DNA from: Halocafeteria seosinensis
Lineage: Eukaryota
Direction of reading: 5' to 3'
Assembly: GCA_001687465.1 (NCBI GenBank)
Contig: LVLI01000229.1
Coordinates: forward strand, 186,001-250,000
Length of the DNA: 64,000 nt
The translations under genes and the position numbers were made by a program. The notes beneath the pieces were generated by a model. The model had not been told where the DNA came from, ran no database searches, and was given only the letters and a program-made list of their open reading frames with translations. Positions 37,873-52,011 of the stretch are shown one piece after another; the first letter of the stretch is position 1; every line of letters begins with the position of its first letter.

Positions 37873-39193
37873 ATGTTTAAGAAACTTACCAAACGTGGTA
37901 AGAAGAAGAGTAAAGCTCTTGGGAAGTCTGGTGTTAAAGCGGGGAAGGCCATCGGTAAGCGCCTGCACGGGTTATTCGGCGGCAAACGCAAGAAGGACAA
38001 GAAGGAGAAGAAGCAGCACGCTGCCGCTGAGGAGGAGAATGAGCAGAACTTGATCACCGACTCGGATCTTCGCCGCTTGAGAGGTGGAAAACATGAGGAC
38101 GTGGTCGAGATCCTGCGGACGAAACATGTGTCTTCTGAAGAGGAAGGTGGGGATCCCAAGCCGATCGACGTTGATGAACTCGCTCTGGATGAGGTACGCC
38201 TCCTTGGGTCTCTTGTTATGACTTGTTATGCTGTGTGTATGCACCTGTATGTGGCTCCAGAATGGGAAGACGATCTTGATCAGCGCTGCCGCCCACGGAC
38301 AACTCGACACTGTGAGAGCCCTGTGCCAGGAATTCAAGGCCGACGTCGATGAGGCCGATGATAATGGCAATACGGCCTTGCATGCCGCAGCTGAAAAGGG
38401 TGAATTGGAGGTGGTAAAAGCACTAATCGAGGAGTTTGAAGCTGAAGTTGACGTCGAAAACGAGGTGCGTATCCAGGTTTTCATGCCTTGTAAGAGCAAT
38501 GCCAGGCACCATAGCTAGACATAATACAGAAAGGAGAAACACCGCTCCACCATGCAGCTCGTAGAGCGCGCATGGAGGTAGTGAAAGCCTTGGTGGAGGA
38601 GCATGGAGCTCTCGTCAACGCCATTACGACGGTAAGTCAGGGAGGAGGATGTATATTGCCATTAGCACCAAAGTTTCATGCCCGAAAGCTTGAGAGTCAC
38701 CACCATTGTATTTGTACAGGAGAATGAGACGCCGTACGATCTGGCCCCGAAATCCGGGAAAACGGATGTGGCGGAATATCTTCAGGAGAAGCAAGAAAGC
38801 AGCGGTGGTGGTGGTGAAGGAGCTGCCGCCGGTGGGGGCGAGGATGATGATGAAGAAGAAGAAGAGGAAGAAGATGAAGAGTATCAGCCTGTAATTCTGC
38901 ATCAGATTGTGGGGACTACCTTCAAAGCGACTCTTGAGCGACTGTTTGAGTTCAGCGACGATACCATCTACTGCAGAGAAATAGATGAAGATAAAGAGGA
39001 CGAAGAAGAGGGAGAACTCGTGACGGAAATTCCTGTGAACGAGGTTGTAGAGGTGACGGAGAGAGACGATAGTGGTCAATTTCAGCTAATAGCGAAGGGG
39101 CAAACGCTGGACCTGCAAACGAGCGACGACGAAGCATACGAATACTTTGTATCTCTGACTACCCAACTGCGCGACGAGAATCCAGTCGAATAG
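37873..39193 (+). CDS. Ankyrin-repeat protein with basic N-terminus, acidic linker and C-terminal PH-like domain
   Basis: Four exons, approximately 37873-38193, 38261-38464, 38530-38631 and 38720-39193. Ankyrin motifs GNTALHAAA, GETPLHHAA and ETPYDLA. The C-terminal beta-rich segment followed by a helix resembles a PH fold (inference). Confidence 0.8.
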
Positions 39194-40026
39194 AGATGTC
39201 ATAAACATTGGAATTACCTGTTTATTGTAACATGCAACCTCCTTCTGAGACGCAAACTTGAGCCATACGACGTGGCATAGAGGAGTTATGGATTTTCGTT
39301 ATATGGAATATACAACTTGAATACAGCTTTGCATAGCGTTAACCGCACTACTCATCGTGACGACAATTTAGCGACGACGCATCGTGATTCCAAGTGTTGC
39401 CCGTTGTCACTGCAGACTCTGTAGAGACGTTCACCATAGCGTTACTAATCCAGGAGCCCAACTGCTTCTTTCAAGTGGCAACAACTTGTTTCTTCATCTT
39501 CAGGCGACCTCGACTCTCAGCGCACATTGTGGAATCGTCTCACTGTGAGAAGTGGAGTTGTACCCTAGCTCCGAACTCCGGAGTTTCACTGTCGTTGGCT
39601 TAGAAGTCCATACAAGCACGTTTATCTGTTTACTCCAGCGCTCGACAGTAAATTCATTCACTATTTCGATGAGGTACGAGCATACTGATTTTGGCACCTA
39701 CAGTGCAGTACGTGTGAAAATTCCCTGACGAAGGGAGAGAGGTTGAAGTTGCGACGAAACTTCAACTTGGGATCTTGTTTCCAACGTTATTCACACGCGT
39801 TTTATCCCCTTCATACACACCGTATGGTGAAAGTTTGTTGTTCTTGACACGACGAACCTATGTGTCCAATTTCAAGAAGAAACAGAATTTGTCTTTTTCG
39901 TTTTCTTGGAAAGTGTTTTTTTTTTGGTGTTGGTTTTGGCCCCTAACGGCACCGGGATCCATTCCTTTTTTCTGGTTTTTGCTTGTTTTTCGGCTCGCCC
40001 GAGCTGCGATAGCTGTCGGACCCACA

Positions 40027-41480
40027 ATGTCCTCGGCCACTGCATCCCCTGCTGCCGCTGGAGGCGGCGCAGCCTCGGATGGGAAGTCCAAACGACATTC
40101 TCTTCAACGTCAAGGCTCTGGGTTACCGTCGGCGGCTGAAATGCGAGATCTCGTGAAAGTCATGGGAACGGGATCTGGTGGTGTGGATGAGATGCAAGGC
40201 TATGTGAACGATTCCACCGTTCAATTCGCTCTGTTACGGTTCAATTTCGGATCGGGATCCTTTCGGCGAAATAAACTCATCTTTGTGCATGTCAATGGAG
40301 GTAGGTGCGAGATAAGATGGCGGGTTAACCTTTTGCCGTCCACAGCACAGCTGTCATTGACGCCACATCATCGTCAGCAAGTTCCCCACTTCTTCGTGGA
40401 TAAGCGAATCGTGCGGTTTTGTATTCACCTTTCTCTCGTGTTAACTTGTGCGCAGAAAACTGTGGCGCCGTCACGAAGGGACGAATGAACACGAAGAAAT
40501 CCAACGTTAAGGACATTTGCGGTTCTTCCCACGCTGAAATACAGTTTGAATCAAAAGATGACTGCACGGTGGATAATGTAATGAATAAACTTTCAAAAGG
40601 TTAGGAAGCCACCGGTGCATGTGTGGAGTACTACTCGGGCTCACTCCTCTTAACGTGATGCAGTTATTACTGTGGACGAGGGTGGCAATTTCAGTATTTC
40701 TCAAATGAAGAAAGATTACGAAGCAATGATAGAGCGCAGCAAGGCGAATGCTGCGGGTGCATCGGCTCTGCCTATCGGTAAGCGTAAGACGGCGGCAGAT
40801 TTGGGAACGATTGAAGCCAAGAAGGCTCTGGAGGAAGTCCGTAAACCGCTCGGAGTAAGTTGTTTCAATTGTCCGATATACTTTGTTTTCGTTTTCATAA
40901 ACTTTTGTTGTGTGTTTCACTTATGCAGCATTTTAATTGGGCTCTATTTCGAGCAGATAAGGAGCTACAGCTGTATAATGCGGGCAGTTTAAGTATAAAC
41001 GAAATGCGAGAGTGGCTAAAAGATGACGAAGTTCTGTTTGGCCTGGTAAGGATGGGTTTTGGCAGTGGAAAGTTTCGTCGAATTAAATGGATTCATATCC
41101 GATGGAAAGGACCGAACGTGTCGGCGGTGACTCGTGGAAAAGCCCAATCAAAAGCGGGGGAAATGCATGATCGTCTTTCGCCATTTAGCGTCACCATCGA
41201 AGCGAACAGTGAAGACGACTGCACTCTGGAATCCATTCTAGAACGTGTACAAAAGACAGCCATTGTGGACGGAGCAGGAGGAGACAGTGATCAACGTGAT
41301 AAATTCAGCATGAAGCACTTTGTGGAGGCACTTGAAGAGGAGAAAAAAGCCAGCGCTGAGTTCTTCGGGGATGATCTCTCTCATGTTCAGCCACTTGAGC
41401 CCCAAGTACGAGAAGTGGTTGAAACTGTTCGAAAAGAAGGGGGCGCAAAGAATTGGGTCCTTTTCGAGCTGAAGCACTAA
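40027..41480 (+). CDS. Coactosin-like tandem ADF-H (actin-binding) domain protein
   Basis: Repeated motifs VQFALLRFNFGSGSFRRNKLIFVH and VLFGLVRMGFGSGKFRRIKWIHIRWKGPNV, plus NWALF/NWVLF. Four exons with GT-AG introns. Confidence 0.8.
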
Positions 41481-41671
41481 GCCTTGTACAATGGGAAGGA
41501 AGAGCCTTGTACAGTGCGTAATCTTATAGCCACCTTCCAAGAACCAAATAGCATTCAGTTACCAGCTTGGGTATAAAACCTTTCATTTAATTACGATCGT
41601 TGTATTTATCTGCCATCTAAACAAATGTTTTACCAGCCCTAAATGCTGTCCAAAAGATAATCTAAACCATT

Positions 41672-42994
41672 CTAGTTCTTATTCTCCTTGGCGAACGAGG
41701 TTCCACGCTCAATCGACTTTTGGAGTTCCGGTACCGCCTTGCTCTCGATCATATCCTTCTCATATGCAGAGATATCTCCAAGAGGATGGATCTTCTCCAC
41801 TCCTTTCCTCCCGAAATCGACGCGAGACGCAAAGAAGTCAGTGTATCCGATATTACTTTCAACAAAAGCACATTCCGTGCAGGTGGTATCTCCGTCCAGA
41901 GCTCTCAGCAAGCTACCTGTGAAGCGAGCGCCTGCATAAGCCATGGACAAGGTGGCCGAACCAGTACCCTCCTTAGCTTGGACAACTTCATCTCCACCAA
42001 ATTGAATACGATGCGTTAACGCCTCGATTTGCTCTGAGCTAAGTGATGATGCTTCCTTAACCTGGCTGATAAGGGGAACAATCGTATGCCCCGCGTGTCC
42101 TCCTACAACTGGCGTACTGGCGCTTAAGGCTTCTGGTGACGTATTTACGCTCTCAGAAATGAAGCGATTAGCACGAACAACATCAAGAGTAGTTACCCCG
42201 AAGAGGCGATTCTTATCATACACACCTTGCTGCCTCAGTGTTTCTGCAGCAATAGGTACTGTGGAATTCACAGGGTTGCTGATTATGGCTATAAGTGCTT
42301 CTGGACAATGTTGCCCACATGCACGAATCAATTTCTGGACGATGCTTGCATTCGTGTTGAATAGGTCATCCCTTGTCATGCCTGGCTTCCGTGGTACACC
42401 GGCCGGAATCACGACTACATCGCACCCGGTAAGGGTATCTTTGATTTGATCATCTCCGAGATAACCTTTCACTTCTCCGTGAGTGTCCACGTGGGAGACA
42501 TCGGCAGCGACACCCGGAGAGCCGACAACGTCATAAAGCCTCAGGGAATTGATTTTCTGCCCCGATTGGGTTTTGAGAAGTAAGGACAGCGGTTGCCCGA
42601 TTCCACCCGCAGCTCCCAGAACAGCAACGTTGTGTCCATTAGCAGCGGCCTGTAACGCAAAGCAGAATTCAAGACGGTGTGCATAATTCAAGCAAGCGAA
42701 ATCCAGTCGCGCTATTGCCATGCCATGAAAATAACCTCATGGGTCCCAAATAGCATCGGGACAATCAACGGGGGACCCTGAAGGACAACAAAAAAGGTCC
42801 GGTCGACACCCACAATCTTATTCGATCTCATCGTCTACACTTTCCTACCCGATGTGCCACTTGGACATTTGGAAATTCTGTGTCTACAACATGGCATAAT
42901 GCCCGAAAAACGCATAATATACACGTACAGCGCTGGAGAAGGAGCGACGAAGAGCAGCCGAGGAAGCTTTTTGGAACACCCGCGATGCAAGCAT
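41672..42994 (-). CDS. MDH2: Mitochondrial malate dehydrogenase
   Basis: Exon 1 (42994-42929) encodes the transit peptide MLASRVFQKASSAALRRSFSSA followed by GTACGT. Exon 2 (42649-41672) has VAVLGAAGGIGQPLSLLLK, PAGVPRKPGMTRDDLF, ISNPVNSTVP and GSATLSMAYAG. Confidence 0.95.
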
Positions 42995-43262
42995 TGTGTA
43001 CGCTCGAATAAAAGGAGTTTTCAAGTTCAATAAGAAATCCACTCCGGGACCTTGCCTTGTATGGCTCGAGATATCGTATCAAATTTACCTAAAACACCGA
43101 TATCTTGGATCCTCCTTCTCGAGGAATCAATCTTTTCTTTCATTTTTGCTGGGGTTCGGGGATGGGGACGGGGATGGTCCGGTGCAGCCACCGTGCCATC
43201 AGTCGTGGTGCGGGTGGAATCGGGATCTGCAAGACCTTGATGCCTCGAAATAAATATCATAG

Positions 43263-45391
<2,129 letters not shown>

Positions 45392-45498
45392 GGGTACCTC
45401 GATGTTTTTCAACGAGCAACTCCAAATCTTCCTCAAGACCCCCAAATCACAATCTAGTGCATCGACGCTCGAACGGCTACGTACGACTTATGATGACC

Positions 45499-48441
45499 CT
45501 ATTGCAACCCCTCGGTGTACATGAACTTGAATGTCTCTGACTCCTGGGACTCCCATTCCACACTAGTATATAGCTGACACTCCACCAAGCTTCCCCGATA
45601 AATATGAAAGATTTCTGGTAGTGCTGCCTCTACCAAACGGGCAGTAACCCTCTGACCTTCAGAGAGTCGGGTTGAGACAATCTGTCCAGACGAGTTGGCA
45701 ACCACAGGTTGGGGCAGGGTTTCAGGAATTGGTTGTAATTCCGACGAGTTCGATCCAAACCATACCCACAGTCGGAGAATCGGAGGGGATTCGAAAATCT
45801 TGGCGCTGTTGCATAAAATCCTACAAGAGTCACTCTCAAAATCTTCGGGGTCGTAGTCTTCTAACAATTCGGGTTCTCCTACACCACCTGAGGAACGCCC
45901 ACTAGCACAGTCTACATTCTCCTTAGCAGTTCCACTGAGGGAAAATACTCCTATGGCTGGTTTTTCGATTGAAGGTGCAGTGATATCGGCGCTTCTTTCT
46001 GTTTCGGGATCCCTTCGCGTAAGTGGAGAGGGTGGCGGCCGATTGCTTTCCTCGAAGCTTAAAGCATGTTGCTGGACCTGTTGTGCAGCTGTAATATTGC
46101 CGAGTTTCAAGGAGTGCCCAGAAGCCGCACGGCTTCCCGGGTCAGTTTGGCTACAGGACTCTCCAGCTGCGGCCCCCGAAGATTCTTCTGCTGCGTCATC
46201 GAGGCCTACAGCATCTGGGACGTCATCCGTAGCTTGTTGCTGAGTTAAATCTTTGACTTTTTGCATTAAAGTAACGAGCTCACCGTGTAAATTAGAACCT
46301 TCCTCGATTTCCACGGGGTCTTCGTCAACGGATGAGTATTGTCGCGCCATTGCTGACGTCTCTGCATCTACACTTTGGGAACGCATATAGGTGCGCCACC
46401 TTCTCACCTCTGCCCGTGCACATTGTATCATCGATTCTCTACAGTCCTCTTGAACTTGACTACCAATCCATATCACAGGGTGACTTTCAAGAGGCTCGTT
46501 GATTTCATCCTCTGTTTCCGCTTCTGAGGAAGTCAAAGATACCAACTGTTGAGCCTCCGAGGGATCGATAAGACTATAAGGGAGAACCACCACGTATACC
46601 CCCGATGATAACAATTTTTCTTGGACAGGAAGGATACGGTGCCTATCTTTGTCGGATCGACATTGCTGAAGCATGTATCCTATCTCGACTCTGGTATGAA
46701 AGTCTGGTGTCTTGTTACTTTCCATGCCCTCCAATATACGTTGCATAGCGGTAAGTAGAGCATGTCCGCTCGAGGCCGTTCCATGATAATCAGGAACGGA
46801 TATAAACATTGGACGACGAATAGGAGTAACAGCAAACAAAGACGGGGTGGGTGCAATGCACGGTAACTCTTCAAACCCGTAGAGGCTTCCTGGTGAGAGC
46901 ATTTCATCAAATGAGCCCGATTCCTTTTGTTCCCACAAGTGAGCAGGACTTAATGCATGTTTGTTGGATGAGGTTTGTTGCGCTACCACGACATCGTCGT
47001 AGAGTCCTGAATTCGCCCTTTCGCCTCCATCGTCATTTGCATCCCTCTCCAAAGGCTTTTCCTGAGTGAATGTACTAGGCACCATATGCGGCCATCGCAG
47101 TCGCATCCACGCTTCCCATTCCATTAGTTGACACAAAAATCCAGTATTGGGACTAAGAATTTCTCTATTTACACGCGCAGTTTCGAGTGCCTGTTTCCAG
47201 CCTAGACCACGTGCCCACATCAAGTATGCAAGAGCAAATGTTCCACTTCTCGAAACACCCTGATGGCAATGTATTAAGACGTTGACCCGTGCTTTGGCTG
47301 CTGCTTCGATCGCTTCAATAGCTGAGAAAAAGTACGGTGTTATTTCCTCTTGCATTGTGTCACGGACGGAAAGGGAAATGTAGATAATACTTTTGGGTTC
47401 CGCTTTCGTCGGGGCATCTTCCGTACAGGGTTCCTCCGTTCTTTCCTGTGACGGCAACGAATCCCAAATTGTCTTAATGTTGGGCGATTCGAAGGAGTTC
47501 TTGCAAACATCCCGACAAGTATTGACCACCAAGCCAATGTTGTTTTGACGGAGCATTTCATAGTCTCGGGATACCTCTTCTCCCGAGACAAAGACGTACT
47601 GGGTCAACTGCGAGCACTGCCTTGTAAACTCTCTTAGTTTCTTCTGCTTCATATGTTCTTCCGACATGGTGTCAAAACTAGTCAAAGGGTGCTGCACATT
47701 TCCTATTGTAGCCGCCTCACCACTTCGTCCCCATGAGGCACGTCGGTCGTTTGAAGGTACACTAATGGTCAGCTCAGATCCGTTATTCGTCCCACTTCCA
47801 CTTGCATTTCCTCCTTCTCTGTCTCGCGACGATTGTGTCGTTTTGCTCTTTTTATCACCACTCGGCGACTTCCCGACGGACGCACTGCGTCGTGTCGTGT
47901 ATGGACCCTCCGAAGAGGTCGCTTCCTCCCCTTCGGACTGGAACTGAAAACTCGCTATCCGTCTCTTGGAAGCAGCATTGGGGCTGCTGGACGCAGCCTT
48001 GTACGGCGGTACTACTTGTTTCGGCAGCAAGCTCCCACCACCACCACCACCAGTACCAGTACTTTTCGCCGATGATCTATCGTCAGTATCCGGCTGTGGT
48101 TGCTGCCGTTGATTGCTGCGTCTTTCAGGCTCGATTTCCAGGTTTTCGTCGTGGGAAGCTTCCTTGTCACTTTTCATTCTTGTCCCGTTCGCACGGACGG
48201 CCATCAGCGTCGTCGTCGTGCTCGATGAAGACGACGATGACGATGACGAGCCCTTGAGACGCAAAGGCGAAGGCGGCTTCCTCGAGGGTACTTGAGCCAA
48301 CGACGGCGACGGTGGATTCCCAGCGGCTGTCCGTGGCGTCGCCGGGGCTACGCTGGCGAATTCCCCTGCCTCTCTATCAAACTCGCCATGACCACGATTT
48401 CGCCCCTTGTGTGCCGCTAATTTACTGTCGGAGCAACCCAT
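45499..48441 (-). CDS. Dual-specificity phosphatase, plant MKP1-like (DSP plus probable gelsolin-like repeats), N-acylation motif MGC
   Basis: Active site VLIHCHQGVSRSGTFALAYLMW and ILSPNTGFLCQL. C-terminal VIWIGSQV and LWVWFGSNS...EWESQESETF resemble gelsolin-like repeats. ATG of MGCSDSK is at 48441. Confidence 0.85.
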   Translation of the reverse strand: MGCSDSKLAAHKGRNRGHGEFDREAGEFASVAPATPRTAAGNPPSPSLAQVPSRKPPSPLRLKGSSSSSSSSSSTTTTLMAVRANGTRMKSDKEASHDENLEIEPERRSNQRQQPQPDTDDRSSAKSTGTGGGGGGSLLPKQVVPPYKAASSSPNAASKRRIASFQFQSEGEEATSSEGPYTTRRSASVGKSPSGDKKSKTTQSSRDREGGNASGSGTNNGSELTISVPSNDRRASWGRSGEAATIGNVQHPLTSFDTMSEEHMKQKKLREFTRQCSQLTQYVFVSGEEVSRDYEMLRQNNIGLVVNTCRDVCKNSFESPNIKTIWDSLPSQERTEEPCTEDAPTKAEPKSIIYISLSVRDTMQEEITPYFFSAIEAIEAAAKARVNVLIHCHQGVSRSGTFALAYLMWARGLGWKQALETARVNREILSPNTGFLCQLMEWEAWMRLRWPHMVPSTFTQEKPLERDANDDGGERANSGLYDDVVVAQQTSSNKHALSPAHLWEQKESGSFDEMLSPGSLYGFEELPCIAPTPSLFAVTPIRRPMFISVPDYHGTASSGHALLTAMQRILEGMESNKTPDFHTRVEIGYMLQQCRSDKDRHRILPVQEKLLSSGVYVVVLPYSLIDPSEAQQLVSLTSSEAETEDEINEPLESHPVIWIGSQVQEDCRESMIQCARAEVRRWRTYMRSQSVDAETSAMARQYSSVDEDPVEIEEGSNLHGELVTLMQKVKDLTQQQATDDVPDAVGLDDAAEESSGAAAGESCSQTDPGSRAASGHSLKLGNITAAQQVQQHALSFEESNRPPPSPLTRRDPETERSADITAPSIEKPAIGVFSLSGTAKENVDCASGRSSGGVGEPELLEDYDPEDFESDSCRILCNSAKIFESPPILRLWVWFGSNSSELQPIPETLPQPVVANSSGQIVSTRLSEGQRVTARLVEAALPEIFHIYRGSLVECQLYTSVEWESQESETFKFMYTEGLQ

Positions 48442-49148
48442 GTTGATCACTCCACACTGGTTGATTTATCGTTTCAAAAAGACAGCTGGAAGTCCCACAC
48501 GCGCTCTTGCCCCCTCCAGACAGAGAGAGAGATACCAAGAGTCATGCGCCACGGCCCCACCTTGTCCCTTCTACACAGACCCTTTACTGGAGGACACAGA
48601 GAGACTCCCCGGACAAAATATGACTCCCCCCTTGGCTCGGAAAGAGTCAAATACAAGGAAAAGGAATGGATCCCGCCGACCGCGCGAGACTGTGCCGTCG
48701 GCAAACAATGACACAGAGGAACAGACAGACGCACAATGCACTCGTTTTTTTTTTATCTTTTTCTGCCTCTGCACTATGGTAGGGGACCAGAAAATATCAA
48801 AACCTGCCCGAAAGCGAACACATTTTATACGCGGTACAACCTACTAACGTTACTGGAGACTTGGGGCGTGGGCTTCAACTGTTCCTCCTTCTGCCATGGC
48901 CCATGGGATGGGAGTCCAAACAACCTCCCTTGGCTCTGCCCAGGAGTCAAAAATACTCGAGTCGTGTGTGGTGAGTCTCCTTTCGACATTTGATGAGAAA
49001 CAAGCAAGCGGCTAGTGGGTGTTGGTCACTTGTGTCAGTGCGGCCAATAAAAGATATGCACAAGAATGCATGACTCAGCACGGATATGATACACATTGCT
49101 GTTCAGAGAAAGAAAGCAGTACAGCTTTTCACTGCTTCGCTGCATCTT

Positions 49149-49388
49149 GTACACATGATTCAATTCGCGTGTCGGGTCTAAAAGCAGCGTGATCTCTCGA
49201 ACCGCGTCGGGTTTGCTCAGACAACTACCGGTATGCCACCACCTGTACACATACGGCTTCAATAATACGAAGCACAAGTTGCCCACAACAATAGGTACAC
49301 ATAATTCAATTTGCGTGTCGGGTCTAAAAGCAGTATATTCTCTCGAACCGCGTCAGGTTTGTTCAGACAACTATGCTACCACCTACAC
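49149..49388. repeat. Imperfect ~95-100 bp direct repeat, two copies
   Basis: 49149-49250 and 49295-49388 share gtacacat.attcaatt.gcgtgtcgggtctaaaagcag...ctctcgaaccgcgtc.ggtttg.tcagacaacta. Confidence 0.85.
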
Positions 49389-49398
49389 GAGAGCAAGC

Positions 49399-50736
49399 CT
49401 AGTGGGTACCTTCTTCCTGCGCTCTAGCTTCCTGTGCTGCTTGAATAAGTTCCTGAATTTCGTCGACACCAAGCTTTCGATAATGCCCAAAGTTCTCGTC
49501 GTTTGTCGGCGTAATGATAGCGACGTCCACATTATCCTTGGATATTTTATCCTCCATGGTATCACCAAGGATCCGTAATGTTAGCGTTTCCGCATCTTTA
49601 AGACTGAGACTTGTATGATATTTCTCCTTTAATGCATTGCGAGCAGTTTCTGACCCATTGCCAATAGCTTGGGCTTGATACTGCACGTAAGTACCACTAG
49701 GATCTGTGTGAAATATTTGAGGGCCATCTCGATCGATTCCGGCCAGTAGCATCGATACTCCAAAAGGCCTGCTCATTTTTGTTTTGTTGTCATCTTCATC
49801 TTCATCCTCATCATCATCGCCTTCACCAAATTTCATCTTCAAATCACAAACGTTCTGGGTTAAGGATTCAATCTGTATCGCAACAATAGCGAAAGGGGGT
49901 TAGTCAACATTCGTCACCCTTTGCAGAGAATATCAAGAAGCACATACTCGCATTGGTTCGCCGTATGTGAAGGCATGGTTTAATGCTTCTAATCGAGCAT
50001 GCTCCACTAGAGTTCGAGCATCTGCCGATAATCCAGAAATGGCAGTTCCTACGTGCTTCTCCAACTCAAAGATCTTTTCAATACTGCAAACGACACCAGC
50101 AATAAGTGTTATCTTGAATGAATTTAGCACACCACAAAAGCACGTGTATCATGGCCATACCTGCTATTAACCAATAATGGTGAACTAATTCGCTTTTCAA
50201 CACCAAGGACAACTCCTTCGGAAGTTTTGATTCCAATCGCACAGCTTCCCAACTGCAACCGCCGAGCAACAAATTCAAAATGTAAAGCACATAAAAATAC
50301 TCACAAATGAGTGATAAATTCGTACCTCAATGGATGTAATCGCGTACTCCACTTGGAAGAGTCGTCCCTCAGGGGAGAAAGTATTCACGCCCCGGTCGTA
50401 TCCCGATCTGCAAGACAAAGTCATACACAATTGAAAACCCCGAATCATGCTTTCTATTCACTAAAGAGGATATATAATAGTGAATGCAAGCTTGGCATAA
50501 GCCTCCCCGCTGATACTCCCCTGAAATGTCTTTTTGTCATTTCAGCAAGGTTGTATCGATTTCACTCCATATCACACCCTTTCTTATCCGCATTTCGACA
50601 CAATTCCCACTGGTGCATGTACAAATAGTCCTATCGAGACAGTAGCCATAGTTATGCGAGGCATACGACAGCCAGAATGTGGCAAGAAAGCTTCCCAGGG
50701 GGGATAGGGTCTCTTGTCTTACCTTGTTTGATACAT
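49399..50736 (-). CDS. PSMA5: 20S proteasome subunit alpha type 5
   Basis: A 14-nt first exon ATGTATCAAACAAG|GTAAGA, then [53 protein letters not shown] and [13 protein letters not shown]...HTDPSGTY. Confidence 0.93.
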
Positions 50737-51061
50737 TGTGTTCTCTCGCTCTATCCAAATACTTCAACTCTTCAGCAGCACCACTTGCCACTATCATAGC
50801 CACAAACGAAGTCATTCATTCATCGTCGTCTAAAATCCACCTTGGATATCAACCCGACGAAAAGATTGCTGCATATGGCAGAAGTGTGTTAAAAGATTGT
50901 CGCCTTCTGGAAGGAGGTCATACGCTTGATAAGCGCCACATACAGAGGATACTGTGCCTTGTATGTTGCAGGAGTGTCTTTGATGAACTCTTAAGAGTAC
51001 CTGGAGTGATTCCCCGCGCTTGTTGAAGGAGTGGAAAACCCCGAATTCGTGCTGGAACACC

Positions 51062-51834
51062 ATGGCCCATGCCGGTGCTGCTCGCCGTAATAAGCGTATA
51101 CAGCGTGAATTAGAGGTATTAGAGAGCAATCCGGACCCTGACGCGCGAGTATGGATTGTGCCAAAGGACAGCGGAGATGATACAAAGCTTCGGGGGTTCT
51201 TAATAGGCCCGAAAGACACCCCTTACGAGGATGGAGAGTTCACGGTGGACATCCAAATACCCGAAGATTATCCATTTAAGCCCCCCAAGATGAAATTTGA
51301 GACTTATGTATGGCACCCGAACGTCTCTAGTCAAACAGGAGCCATTTGCCTGGACATCCTCAAGGACCAGTGGAGTCCGGCGTTGACACTCAAGACGGCC
51401 CTCATGTCGTTGGCAGCGCTTTTATCGGCGCCTGTCCCCGATGATCCACAAGATGCTCAAGTAGCCTCCCAATACAAGAATGATTATAAAAAATGGGAAC
51501 GGAAAGCCAAAATGTGGACGCAAGTAAGTGCGTACTCCATAGCTTTCCTTTCGCAATGGGCCTTCCTGCCTTTACCCCCCTTAAGGTTGCAATGGATTTC
51601 AAATGACATACCGTGTCTTTCTGTATTGCACAGAAATATGCAAAAAAGGAAGATAGAAGTAGCGGACTATCTGGAGGTGTAGACGTAGACTTCGATTTGT
51701 CAGAGGACGAACCTATCTCAGACGAAGCGAAAAGGTTGATGGAAATGGGATTTTCAAGACAACAATCAGAGGCTGCCCTCGAGAGGACAGGAGGTGATGT
51801 TGAACGGGCTGCGGAGAATTTGCTACAAGGATGA
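51062..51834 (+). CDS. UBE2K: Ubiquitin-conjugating enzyme E2 with C-terminal UBA domain (UBE2K/Ubc1 type)
   Basis: HPNVSSQTGAICLDILKDQWSPALTLKT and PDDPQDAQVA. Exon 2 (51634-51834) encodes the UBA-like LMEMGFSRQQSEAALERTGGDVERAAENLL. Confidence 0.93.
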
Positions 51835-52011
51835 ATGGAAGTGAATGATATATGATTTAATGTTTTTAGCAACACAACCTATATCAGAAATAGAGGAAAG
51901 CGGTGAACGAGCTGTAGCAGGCACACAATGGCTCTGTGATGCCTTCATGTTTCGTACCGACGGACAGGGGACATTTTTAAGGGTATATTGAGGGTACTCT
52001 ACTACATACAG

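Noticed and set aside
49149..49388. CRISPR-like array
   Set aside because: Only two long imperfect copies, a eukaryotic context and no cas genes.
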